DNA of 64,000 nucleotides from Myxococcota bacterium (GTDB lineage Bacteria; Myxococcota; Kuafuiibacteriia; Kuafuiibacteriales; Kuafuiibacteriaceae): NCBI GenBank assembly GCA_965223435.1, contig CBDCWQ010000023.1, positions 71,381 to 135,380 of the forward strand, read 5' to 3'. Shown piece by piece: positions 1 to 10,600 of this stretch (position 1 is its first letter; each line of letters starts with the position of its first letter). The notes under the pieces were generated by a model. It saw only the letters and a program-made list of their open reading frames with translations, ran no database searches and was not told where the DNA came from. The position numbers and the translations under genes were made by a program.

Positions 1-365
1 ACAGCATGGATGGCTCCATTCGAATCAGCCCAATGAGACCCTCTTGGAAGACCAGATGGCCGATGTTCTCCTGAGTTTCGATGCGCGATCGAGGCGCATT
101 GGGACGAACAGCAAGAGCTGGGCCAAGCCCAACCGGCTCGTAAGCATCCTAAGTCACCACCCTGTTGATGCCGGTCAAAGGAGAAAGTTGCCTCAGATGC
201 ACCGGAATTGTTGCGGTGGTCACCCACCCACGTGCTAAGCACTGGGCAGCCAAGGTAGAAAATCGGCTCCGCGAAGAACAGAGAAAGCTAGACCTGACGA
301 TCAACGAAGAAAAGAGCAAGAATGTGCCATGTTTGGGCTCAGCCGCGTTTGCTGTCGTGATTTGA
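1..365 (+). pseudogene. Possible degraded reverse-transcriptase (group II intron / retron-like) gene fragment, cut by the window edge
   Basis: The frame at 165-365 reads ...LRCTGIVAVVTHPRAKHWAAKVENRLREEQRKLDLTINEEKSKNV..., resembling the RT motif 6/7 region (L..L.L.(I/V)NEEK(T/S).(I/V)V). Another frame near 10-30 reads DGSIRISP (compare QGG.ISP). The expected YADD box position reads RCTG, and the similarity is split over at least two frames with stops, so there is no intact ORF. Confidence 0.3.
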
Positions 366-610
366 AAACCGTAGCTGCCGGGGGGATTGACCGGAGGGTG
401 ATGTGAGACCGTCGAGACTCCGGTCTCACCAGGAACAAGCTTAGGTGAGTTTGGTGACACCGAGTGCGACCAACTGTTTGGCACGCTCGCACTCAATCCG
501 AATGTTGCCGGGGCGCACCCTGTTCGGTCGGTGTTGGTCACCGCAACCGTGTAGCCAGTCCATCTAGCCAAAGATGCGTGGGGAGACCTTGCTGAGTCAA
601 TACACTACGA

Positions 611-3600
611 CTACGGGAGCTTGTAGAGTCTCAGGTCAAAGTTATTTCGCCACCGTAGGCCAACCTGCAGCGTTTCGGGGTCAAACATCACGTTTTGGGG
701 GTCTTTCTCGGAGCGCCCGATAAATCGGGGCGGTGCCCATTGGCCTTGGCTAAATAGACTGAAGTGGACATCTCGGTAGTCCGTACGTCTGGATAGGTCG
801 ATTTGATTGTAAATCACATAGTAATCTCCATCCTTGACACCAATACCCCGAAGTCCATGCACGCGTTCGGTCTTTTGAGGAAGCAACGTGAAGTCTTTGT
901 TTCCATCTGCGTGAACATTGACCAACGAGATGTACGCCCATTTGAAGATTTTCCCCATCAAGACGATTTTACGATTCTGGTTTTGATAACCGAGTAGGAT
1001 CGTTTGGGTATTAGGATCAGGTACCGCATACAGCGTTGGAATTTCTCCCTCTGGACCGTGGCCGCCATGCTTGTCCGCAAGCAAAAACTCGTTATCGAGC
1101 CAATCAAAACGCAATCCATCGTTTGTTTCTGTAAAGTGGAGTGCCGATATATTCTCAGCGCTGTCGGGTTTGGAGAATACCCAAAGGCTTCCGTCTTTGG
1201 GGTGTTGTTGTAGAACAAGACTGTTCAAGTGGAACCGGTAACTCTCAATTCGAATCGGGGGCAAATCAACCCAAACGCCGGTAGGGCTTCGATAAACCAT
1301 ATGAAGATCGGCCCAAAAAGCATCTTCTGCAAACGCATCATCTTTGTGGCGGTACCAAGCCGCCACAAGTGCACCGCTCTTCAGTTGTATGATATCTTTG
1401 GCTTCGGTCCTATCTCCGCCATGCGACCGCGAGAAAACCAGCTCCGCGGTGTCAGGTATGGGAGATCCCGACAGTCGGTACTGGCGAATGTTCGCTGGGG
1501 CACCTGGGCCAAAAGCCGCGGGCTGAGCGCCCGAAAACAGCCACAATTCGTTTCGGCTGGTCAAGATATACCGAGCCTTCGCGATCCGATCCTCTCCACC
1601 AATGCCCGGCAAGTGAATATGTGCATCATCGCCACTGTTGTTTTTCAAGTAGAGATACTTCTTGTCTTCGGATGTGCCCCAGTCGACGTACACTAACCCG
1701 GTTAGGTCTTCAAACGTCGTCATCCGGTTGTCGGCATCACTGGAGCTGCTGGCTGGTCCGAGGGAAAGGGTGAATTCGTTACTCACAAGATGTCCGACAT
1801 AAGGTGCCCGATAGTTGGGCGCGACATTCACCGTGAACGTATTTGCGGCGGAGGTCGTCTCGTTTCCCGCTTTGTCGCGTACCGTCGCATATACGGTATG
1901 TGTCCCATTCTTGGTGAAATCAATGGGCCAGGCTTCCCCCCATGGTATCGATTCCTTTCCGTCATCAACATAAAACCTTACGCTGTCGATGGAGACGTTG
2001 TCATCAAGGTCCGCTTCAAACTCGATGTATGGGACAGTATCGGAAAAGAACGATTCGTCGATAACGGCTTGATCAGCCGGGTACCGCATCTGAACAGTGG
2101 GGGGAACAGTGTCGTCGTTTGCATCGATAGCCACCGAGAACAATATGGGTTTTGAGTCCGAATAGTTTCCCGCCCCATCAAAAACTCGGGCGACCAATTC
2201 ATGCACGCCATTTTGCGATGCGTCGAATGTTAGAGACGTCGATACAAGCTGTCCGTCCAGATAGAGCTCCTCGTTTTCAACCCCGATGTTGTCATCGGAC
2301 CCAATTTGAACTGTTATGGTTGCAGGCCGCGTAAAGATCGCGCCCTGCTCGATATTGTTAATCGACGCCACTGGGGGCTCATCGTCCGGTCCACCGATAT
2401 TGATCTCGATCTTGGACTCAAAAAGAGCAACATTGCCCGCTTCGTCATACACTTTGAGCCCGATAACGTGCTCACCGTTATCAGACGCATCGTAGGGAAT
2501 GTAGAAATTCTTCAGGTTGTCGTATCGTGGCAAAAATGAAGTGGATGAGTCAATCAGCGCTCCATCTTTGTATAGTTCCACTTTGCCAAGCTTTACATTA
2601 TCGTACGGATAGAGCTTTACAGAAATCTTTCCGGCCTCGGTGAAGAGCGTCCCATCCTTAGGCTGCTTCACATTGGGCTCTGGCGGCGTGTTGTCGATAT
2701 CCGCATCGATAGACACTCGGTAACTTGCGCTTGAGGATGCGGTATTGCCCGCCTCATCCACCGCCACGACGGTCCATGTATGAACACCATTTTGCGCTTG
2801 GCTGGCCAACCACTCATGAGCAAAAGGATATTCAACATCGGTGGCCACGTGAACATCGTTATGATAGAATTGAACCTCCCGGACACCAGCATTGATGGAC
2901 TTCTCGGGCGCCGAATTGTCGTAGGCGTAGGTATGAATTTTGATTCTTCCGTAGGTCTGGATTTCTTGGCCACTCACGGGACTGCTGATGTAGATCGCTG
3001 GAGGAAGCTTGTCTTCCCCGGTCGGGTTGTCGATAGCTACTGTAACGGATACGTCATCTGACATCGCGCGATGACCGGCTTTATCATAAGCGCGCGCCGA
3101 CCATACGTGGGTACCGTTGTGGGCGGCATCAAAATGCCATGGAAAAGTATAAGCGCTGCTGGCGGAGGTGCCCACCAAGATGTCGTTTCGATAGAGCTCA
3201 ATCTTCGTCACACCGATGTTGTCTGATGCGTTTACCGAAATAGAAACAGTCTGGCTTTCATTGAACGTAATGCCCGATATCGGACTGAGAATGCTCACCG
3301 ACGGCGGTGCGGTGTCGATTTCGATGGCGACCTTGACCGTGATGCTAGGAGAAACGCCACGGTTTCCGGCGACATCAATGGCTTCGGCTCGTAGTCGGTG
3401 AGCGCCATTGGCGCTGGAACCGAAGCGCCAAGAAGCTTCGAAGGGCGCCACTGTGTCGGTAAAAACAAGGATGTCGTCCAAGAAGAAGGCAACCTCACGG
3501 ATTCCGACCTCATCGGTGGCCGAAGCGCGTAGGGCAATGGTCGCAGGTTCGGTGAGAGTTATATCGCTGGACGGACTCGTCATCAACACGGTGGGTGGCG

Positions 3601-4036
3601 TTGTATCGGACGAATCAATCACATGGGTTTGGCAGGTAGCGAGCCGGGTCTCTTTTTTCGGTTGCACGTGGGTAATATGGACCGTCACGGGGCCGAGGTT
3701 TTGCAAGGTCTGAGCTCCAGCTTCATGCAGGTGACCGCTTCGATCGGCCTGGGTTGTCCAAGAGAAGGCTTGCCCGGCCGCCTGCACGTCGACCCGCACG
3801 TCTCGGTATCGCCCAAGTCCTGCGGCCCGTAGGGTCCATGCCTGCTTCCGCACGAGCGGATTAGGCTCCGCATGGCACTCTGCTTTGACCCGCCGCAGAG
3901 TGTCGGTCTGGACATCAGCACCGCTGGCATTGGTTTCGATGTGACTGTCAAGATTGCACCCACTGCCGAGGATGAGACTCAAGAACATGCTTATCCCGAA
4001 AGTTTTCCTGCGAATGACGGTAAAGGTCTTGTTCAT
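611..4036 (-). CDS. Secreted (lipo)protein with six tandem bacterial Ig-like repeats and a ~390-aa beta-rich C-terminal domain of unknown function
   Basis: The ORF is 1160 aa. The more likely start is ATG at 4034-4036, giving MNKTFTVIRRKTFGISMFLSLILGSGC (basic n-region, hydrophobic core, Cys; signal/lipobox-like). Repeats begin D(T/N)(T/A)PP.V and contain A.D..G(V/I)..VE(F/L)Y and NG.H....A.D.AGN motifs typical of bacterial Ig-like domains. Confidence 0.85.
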   Translation of the reverse strand: MNKTFTVIRRKTFGISMFLSLILGSGCNLDSHIETNASGADVQTDTLRRVKAECHAEPNPLVRKQAWTLRAAGLGRYRDVRVDVQAAGQAFSWTTQADRSGHLHEAGAQTLQNLGPVTVHITHVQPKKETRLATCQTHVIDSSDTTPPTVLMTSPSSDITLTEPATIALRASATDEVGIREVAFFLDDILVFTDTVAPFEASWRFGSSANGAHRLRAEAIDVAGNRGVSPSITVKVAIEIDTAPPSVSILSPISGITFNESQTVSISVNASDNIGVTKIELYRNDILVGTSASSAYTFPWHFDAAHNGTHVWSARAYDKAGHRAMSDDVSVTVAIDNPTGEDKLPPAIYISSPVSGQEIQTYGRIKIHTYAYDNSAPEKSINAGVREVQFYHNDVHVATDVEYPFAHEWLASQAQNGVHTWTVVAVDEAGNTASSSASYRVSIDADIDNTPPEPNVKQPKDGTLFTEAGKISVKLYPYDNVKLGKVELYKDGALIDSSTSFLPRYDNLKNFYIPYDASDNGEHVIGLKVYDEAGNVALFESKIEINIGGPDDEPPVASINNIEQGAIFTRPATITVQIGSDDNIGVENEELYLDGQLVSTSLTFDASQNGVHELVARVFDGAGNYSDSKPILFSVAIDANDDTVPPTVQMRYPADQAVIDESFFSDTVPYIEFEADLDDNVSIDSVRFYVDDGKESIPWGEAWPIDFTKNGTHTVYATVRDKAGNETTSAANTFTVNVAPNYRAPYVGHLVSNEFTLSLGPASSSSDADNRMTTFEDLTGLVYVDWGTSEDKKYLYLKNNSGDDAHIHLPGIGGEDRIAKARYILTSRNELWLFSGAQPAAFGPGAPANIRQYRLSGSPIPDTAELVFSRSHGGDRTEAKDIIQLKSGALVAAWYRHKDDAFAEDAFWADLHMVYRSPTGVWVDLPPIRIESYRFHLNSLVLQQHPKDGSLWVFSKPDSAENISALHFTETNDGLRFDWLDNEFLLADKHGGHGPEGEIPTLYAVPDPNTQTILLGYQNQNRKIVLMGKIFKWAYISLVNVHADGNKDFTLLPQKTERVHGLRGIGVKDGDYYVIYNQIDLSRRTDYRDVHFSLFSQGQWAPPRFIGRSEKDPQNVMFDPETLQVGLRWRNNFDLRLYKLP
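1823..3607 (-). repeat. Six in-frame tandem coding repeats of ~91-105 aa (Ig-like domains)
   Basis: Repeat starts are DTTPPTV, DTAPPSV, DKLPPAI, DNTPPEP, DEPPVAS and DDTVPPTV. Each repeat ends in a ...(V/I).(V/I) strand. Boundaries are approximate, counted from the translation. Confidence 0.7.
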
Positions 4037-4840
4037 CACAAGAACCACCAGCAAAATTTGGGCCAACCCATCGTGCCGAACTGAGATGAGCATTTGGGTG
4101 GCATCCCAAGACGTTTTTCACGCTAGATCGCGCCGCAAAAGGGAGGCGCATCAATCGCGCGACGTACCCCTTTTTGATGCGCACCGAGGGGAGAAGACAC
4201 CACTAGCTGCGAACCAGGGCGAACAGGTGGCCGAGCCTCAGACGGAAGCGCTCTGCGTATTTAGGTCTACGTGATCGCCTTGATCGCTGGTCGTGATCGC
4301 TTCGCTCGGTGTACGTGATGGGCGCACAGCGGCGCCGGATAGCCTGCCCTGGGATGCCTAGCCGTAGGCGATAGGCGAGTGACGCCCAGCGCGGTGCAAC
4401 GGGAACTCGATGAGGTCGCGTGCCGTGCCGAGATGTCAAGGTGCCAAGGCACAGTGAGAGATCATGCGAGAACCTATATGGCGGGAGGTGCCAACAAAGG
4501 GGCGATTTCAAATGGCGGTGAGAGGACCCACTGCCTCACCGGAGCCTCCGGAAGTACGTTTGTCATAACAGTCCATTCGATCGATTTGCCATGGCCGGTG
4601 CTTGGGATCCGGACCGCAATGCTGCGGTGCCCGAAAGAGCGTTTCTCATGCCTAAGCCCCATCCGTTTTACGTGGGGCTGGACGAAACCGATCCGTTTCA
4701 ACGATGGATGGGTGATCTCCTGCGTAAGGCCGGCGAGAACCAAGGTCGTGTCGTTTAAGGCTACAATGGCGGCAACAACACATGCACGTACGAGCGCTTT
4801 GCTCTTCGCAAATTGGCTGATTTATTCTATATTTTTCCAG

Positions 4841-7435
4841 ATGTGGGAAATATCTCAATTCCGTACGGCCCAGATTGCTCTCGCTGGAATCACAATCTTG
4901 ATAGGCGGATGCCAGTCTGGGAATGAAGAAAATCCTGGAGACGAAGAATTTCGAGAGGCTGTTGAGCTTCGCGGTGTTGGCTTTGACGCGCGAGGGGGCA
5001 CTTCTAAAGGTGCAACAGCGTTTGTCGTCGGGTCGGATGACATGTTGTCGTTGGTTGAAAAATGGGATTTTTCTAGCGGGTCGCTTCAGGGCTGGGAAGT
5101 CATTGATTCACGTATTCCCAGTGTGACCTGGCAGATCGATAGTGACCGCGGCAATGCGCTCGGTACGCAAAGTTTGTATTTTGGGAATCTTGATGCGCGG
5201 AACTATAACGAAGGGCATGTCTTTGCAACGTTGCGAAGTCCGCAGGTCCAAGTCCCTTCAAAAGGTCCCTCTTTCTTTGACATCGAAGCTTATGTTGATT
5301 GCGAGCGCTTTCCACAGTGGGTCAATTACGACAACCTTGATCTATATGTCATTTCAAACACCACAACTCGCAAGTGGCGGCAGCGTTTGGAACCTGATCT
5401 TGGCAACACGGAAGGGAGATTTGTTAGGTTCCGATCCGGAGACCTTGATGATTTTGCGGGTCAGGAGGTCCGTTTCGAACTCCGGTTTGACTCCGTTGAT
5501 CATCTCTTCAATGCGCATGAGGGCGTCTATATTGCCTGGGCAGGTTTAACTTTTGACGATGGAGACGGCGTGGGTTTGGAAGATAACTGTCCGCTTGTTG
5601 CGGACCTAGACCAAACCGACACGGATGGTGATGGAAAAGGTGACCCATGTGATAAGGTCGACTGTACAGAGGCCATTCCTTGCGATCACAAGTCTACTGT
5701 CGCTAAAAGCGGAAAGGATCTGCTCCTCCTTCGTAACTGCTCGTCCTTGGATGGCAGTTTGCATATTCGATACGTTTATCCCGAGCCGAACCTAGGAGGT
5801 CTCGAGTGCCTCCAGTCTGTCAGATATTTAGAGATAGGAAGCAATGTGATGAGCCTCGACGGGCTCGATGGCCTCAGATCTATCGAATTCTTACAGATCA
5901 GGAGGAATCATTCCCTAACCAACCTCCACGGACTGAAAAATGTCACGTTCATTGGAGGGATGTCGATCTACGAGAATCATTCCTTGACGAGTCTAGATGG
6001 GCTCCAGAACCAGACATCGTTTGGCCAGCTAGAAATCAGGGAGAACGATGCCCTGGAAAGTCTTGACGGACTAGAAAACGTTGCATCCGTATCGAGTAGC
6101 TTGAACATCCGGGATAATGGGGTTCTTGCGAGCGTTGACGGACTCGTGAGTCTCATATCCGTTGGAGGAGATGTCCACGAAGAGGGTTTGATTATCAACA
6201 ATAACCCTTCTCTAGGCGATCTCGGCGGACTCAAGAACCTCATGTCCGTTAGTGGAAGTCTTGAGATCTTAGCGAACGACGCCTTGGTTGGCTTAAATGG
6301 ATTGCAGAATTTGACCGAGGTTGGAGAGTTACGCATCTCGGGAAATGGTGGTCTCGCAGACCTTGATGGACTCGAAAATCTTACGACAATTCGTGGGGAT
6401 TTGCTGGTCCTGCTTAACGATGTCCTCACGAGCCTCCGTGGACTTGAGAACGTCAAATTCGTGGAGGGGTTGCGTATTTTTAAAAACCCCTTGCTCGCAA
6501 ATCTAAGTGGTCTCGAGGGAATCTCATCCGCAGCATGGGTTACTGTTCGGGAAAACGACGCGCTCATGAGCGTCAGCGGCCTCGAAGGTCTCACAGCAGT
6601 AGAGGGGGATCTGTCGATCGAAGCAAATCGGGGTTTGCGAAGTCTTAGCGATTTCCAGAATCTCCGGTCCGTGGGAAAGAAGTTGAGCATTCGTGGAAAC
6701 GATATGCTGACAAGTTTCAGTGGACTTGAAAACGTCTCATCTGCCCTCGAGGGTTTGACTATTGCAGAAAATGACCAACTGGCGAGTCTTACGGGACTCG
6801 AGAACGTTCCTTCCGTGGCGGGTGGGCTGCAAATTTTGTCAAACAGCGTTATCAAAAATCTCAATGGACTTAATGGCCTAAGATCTGCTGGGGTGTTGTC
6901 TGTTATAAGAAATGATTTTCTGGAGAGTCTATCCGGGCTTGAAAATCTTACGTTTATAGACCAGCTCCATATGAACGACAACGACGCTTTGACCAGCATT
7001 GCTGCCCTCAGAGGCATCACATCCATCGGGCGGGTGTATATTCAAAGCAATGACGCCCTGATGAGTCTATCCGGACTCGAGAATGTGACAGCCATCGGGG
7101 GGGAGGTCACTCTTTGGGGCAACAGCAGCCTGACCCACCTCAACGAACTCAAGAATATCACCACTGTCGACGGAATGCTAAGAGTCTGGTCGAGTGCTCT
7201 TGTTGACTTGTCGGGGTTGAGTCATGTCACGTCCATTGGCGGGGATTTGGACATCTCGCATACCAGCGCGTTGATGAGTCTTGGCGGCCTAGCCAGTCTC
7301 AAATCCATCGGTGGAAAAGTGAAATTCGTGAGCAACAAACATCTTTCGAGTTGCGAAGTAGAAGCTTTCATGACGCGTTTCCCCGACAAGGTTTGTGAGT
7401 GTTCAGCGAACAGCGGAAATGGGGTCTGCGACTGA
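4841..7435 (+). CDS. Lipoprotein with a thrombospondin type-3-like Ca-binding repeat and ~24 tandem leucine-rich repeats
   Basis: The ORF is open from 4379, but the signal peptide is internal: MWEISQFRTAQIALAGITILIGGCQSG (ATG 4841; alternative ATG 4766). DNCPLVADLDQTDTDGDGKGDPCD (5581-5653) matches the TSP3 repeat pattern. A long array with consensus L.GL.N(L/V)(T/S).(I/V).G.L.I..N..L.SL follows. Confidence 0.85.
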   Translation: MWEISQFRTAQIALAGITILIGGCQSGNEENPGDEEFREAVELRGVGFDARGGTSKGATAFVVGSDDMLSLVEKWDFSSGSLQGWEVIDSRIPSVTWQIDSDRGNALGTQSLYFGNLDARNYNEGHVFATLRSPQVQVPSKGPSFFDIEAYVDCERFPQWVNYDNLDLYVISNTTTRKWRQRLEPDLGNTEGRFVRFRSGDLDDFAGQEVRFELRFDSVDHLFNAHEGVYIAWAGLTFDDGDGVGLEDNCPLVADLDQTDTDGDGKGDPCDKVDCTEAIPCDHKSTVAKSGKDLLLLRNCSSLDGSLHIRYVYPEPNLGGLECLQSVRYLEIGSNVMSLDGLDGLRSIEFLQIRRNHSLTNLHGLKNVTFIGGMSIYENHSLTSLDGLQNQTSFGQLEIRENDALESLDGLENVASVSSSLNIRDNGVLASVDGLVSLISVGGDVHEEGLIINNNPSLGDLGGLKNLMSVSGSLEILANDALVGLNGLQNLTEVGELRISGNGGLADLDGLENLTTIRGDLLVLLNDVLTSLRGLENVKFVEGLRIFKNPLLANLSGLEGISSAAWVTVRENDALMSVSGLEGLTAVEGDLSIEANRGLRSLSDFQNLRSVGKKLSIRGNDMLTSFSGLENVSSALEGLTIAENDQLASLTGLENVPSVAGGLQILSNSVIKNLNGLNGLRSAGVLSVIRNDFLESLSGLENLTFIDQLHMNDNDALTSIAALRGITSIGRVYIQSNDALMSLSGLENVTAIGGEVTLWGNSSLTHLNELKNITTVDGMLRVWSSALVDLSGLSHVTSIGGDLDISHTSALMSLGGLASLKSIGGKVKFVSNKHLSSCEVEAFMTRFPDKVCECSANSGNGVCD
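5740..7350 (+). repeat. LRR array, ~23-aa unit, roughly 24 copies (coding)
   Basis: Periodic motifs such as SLDGLENV..., SLSGLENL... and SLTGLENV... run through the translation. The 349-aa antisense ORF at 5977-7026 is a by-product of this periodicity. Confidence 0.8.
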
Positions 7436-7641
<206 letters not shown>

Positions 7642-7665
<24 letters not shown>

Positions 7666-10600
7666 TCGCCAGTCTTTTTCCATCTCGATGATGTCCGCGC
7701 GCACATCCTGTTGATCTTGGTGGGTGCGCCACGCGTGGTCGTGTTCATCGTAGCCGTAGGCTCGGAGGACATCTTCGACGAAGGCGGGCAAAAAACGCCA
7801 TTTGCTGAGGAGGAACAGGGTGCTCGGGCGAATGATCATCTTGCCATTCCAGTCTTTGAGCTGGTGTGGGCCCATGATGAGCTCAAAACCTTCTCCGATA
7901 AGCGCGACGTCTTTGAGGTTTTCGATCTCAAAGGGTGCATCTCGGTTGACCGGTCGGTGCAAGATCCTTTCGAAGGTAGTTAAGTACCACGATAGGGCTT
8001 CGGTCGCCCAGATAGCTCCAAGTTCGCCATCGGTCGGTGCGATTGGGATACCAAGCTTGTTGTATGCGGTGGTGACAACCTCCCGCAAAAAAGCGTCCTC
8101 CTTAAAATGTTCGATCACCTCGGTGTAGTCAAAGTCGAGTTCGAGAAGGCGAAAATAGAGGGCGTGGCCCAGCTCGTGAACCAGACCAGAGACCATGTAA
8201 GCAATGCGATCTTGTAGGTGACGCTCGCGGAGGAAGTTGACTTTAAAGATGCTGTTGAGGATCGGCAAAAAGACGAAGCCTGCACCTCCCACCGCGTTCT
8301 CGCTCGCCGGGCGCCCCAAAATCACAAAAGTACGCGACGGCAGGTAAATCGAAGGGTCATTGTCCTCCACACGATCGAGGTACTGAATGGCGGAGACGAG
8401 GTGATAGAGCAGCAGATTCTCCCGGAAAAGAGTTTCGATCTCACTTCGTTCCAAGCCTGCGCCCATGATTGGGCTGAAAACGTCGACGTCCTCGTCCTGG
8501 CTGAGGCTCATTGCCGTTCTCACCGCTTCTGGACTATCAATCACCTTCGGATGGTTGGCGAGGTGTGTGGCCAATTGCTCCCCAGCCGAGATGTGGCCCT
8601 CATTGTCGCTTCGTAGTTCCGTGAATACCAGCGGAACAGCCTCTCTGCGAAGGGACGCGTCTTTGAGCGCTTCGGGAAGTCTCCGATCTGCAACCCTCAA
8701 GGCGAATCGGTGATTTCCATTTTCGTCCGGCACGGCCAAGAACGATAGGGCTTCTTCCTCCTTTCCATGGCTACCCGGCAGTATTGCTTCTATGTAAAAA
8801 GCGGACTCATGGGATAGGGCGCCATCTTTGCGGAGTTGGTTCAGGTCATACACCGTGATGTTCTTCAACTTGAAAGTCGTGTTTACCGCCTCGTCTTGAA
8901 ACACGAAGGAGCCACCGAACCAGGGATCCTGTAGCAGCCAGTTCAAGGACGTGTTTCCGATTTTCAGATGGTCTTCTTTGATGAGCTTCTCGGAGAAAGA
9001 AGGAACGAATCCAAGCACAATGCCTTGTTTTACAAAAGACCATTCGTCAGAAGAAGTGTCGATTTGAGTCCGGTTTCGAAAGCGCCAACGCGACTTTGGG
9101 AACAAATCAGCTATCCCGCTGCGATAGAGTCCCGCAGCTATTCGGGAGATGAGAGGAGGCCCAACGGTGAATTTCTGGGTGCCGAGCTCAAACGATATCG
9201 TGTCGGCGCTTTCCTTTTTGAGCTCGATGAAGTTCTCATCTACGAGGATATCGAATATCCCACCGAAGATGGCTGCGGTCTGATTCCGTAGTCGCTCGTG
9301 CAAGAGCGATGGCGAAACGCCGAGGTCGGGCTTTCTGAGGTACTTGGGCATGCTGTGGAGGGGCAGCTCACTATCAGCCTCGAAGTTTGGCGGAAGATTG
9401 GACTCCCCGTCGAAGCCGAGAAAATCCCGGTCATTGAGCCATTCTTGGTTCGGAACCAAAATGATTTCGATGTCGTTGTTGTCAAGGAAATGTTGAAATC
9501 CAGGGTGTTCGTCCAGGCGATCGAGAAAATCTTTCAAGACGGATCTTGAGGGGCCGCTTTGGCTTAGCAAGAAAGGCCTGAGTCGCCTGATGAGGGTGGC
9601 GTCGAAGGGGATGGTGGTGCGACCTTCGTTTTGCCACCACGCAGAGGGGATGGGGAGGTCTTTGGGGAGCACCGGCAGAGTTTGGGGAAGATTGGATTGC
9701 GAAGCCCCCTGGGGGAGCCATCCATGAACGGTTAAGAGCAGTTCCTCGAGTTCTTGGACCAGCGCCTTTTTTGACTCGGGAACCGAGGTCGACCCGCCGT
9801 TCGGGTAGGCGCGCAGGGCATCCATGACGTGCCGGTAATGCGCCTCGATCTCCTGATCGATGTTGGCCAAAAGGACTCTGTCGCTCATGGTTTGGGTCGA
9901 GACGGTTCGGCGTGCGAAGGATGCTTCGAACAATTCGGTCACGACGTCGTTGAGGGTCACCAGAATCTTGTACCGTGCCTCAAGGGTCTTTCGGTCGATG
10001 GCCTTGCTGAGGTAGGTTTGGCGAAGATGGGTCTTCAGGGCCCGAAGCTCAGAAGGTGTCAGGCTTGTGCGCCCCAGGGCCTGGTACCAGGCTGCCAGCC
10101 AAGCTTGGACGGCTCCTTGAATCTGCTCGCTGCTGTTGGCTACTGCCGGATGGACGGTCGCTGGGACGGGCTCTTGCGGCTCTTCTCCGGATGGGTTGTG
10201 GGCGACCCGACCGGTATACGCGTACACGGCCATTTTGGAGGTGATGTCGTGGCCAAAAAGCGGTATGGCGCTGTCGATGAGGGGGACTTTGGGGCCCGCA
10301 TAGACCGGCGGCGGGACCAGGGCATACAGCAGGTGGTCAAAAAAACGGCCTTGCGTCTCCCAGGTTCCGTCTCGGCTTCGGTTGGAGATGGGCAAGGCAC
10401 GCACCGTCTCGTCGCTTTCGGCGAAAACCTCCCAAGCCGACACCCACCCGACACGCGTCCACGCCCCCTTGGGGGCGGGGTCGAGGAGCACCAGCGACGT
10501 CCACAGAAGACCCTCGGTTTCGGCCCATAGGTCTTCGGATAGGGTGGCAAAAGACCCTGCGCCGGCCAACCCGCCCGCGATGCCTAAAAGCGCTTCGAAA

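Noticed and set aside
1-365. Diversity-generating retroelement (DGR) hypothesis: an RT fragment next to genes for variable surface proteins.
   Set aside because: The RT-like fragment lacks an intact catalytic box and is frame-broken. I did not find a template/variable repeat pair (near-identical ~100-bp repeats differing at adenines). The variable regions of the giant proteins differ by whole domains, not by point hypervariation. A computational repeat search would be needed to exclude it formally.
4094-4840. A ~750-bp gap between the divergent Ig-repeat and LRR lipoprotein genes, including the 5' extension of the LRR ORF (4379-4840) and the ORFs at 4203-4511 minus and 4474-4743 minus. It was considered for a hidden gene or transposase relic.
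   Set aside because: No frame gave recognisable motifs. The LRR protein's signal peptide starts at 4841 (or 4766), so the upstream extension is unlikely to be coding. The gap is probably a long divergent promoter/leader region, but I could not define promoter boxes convincingly.
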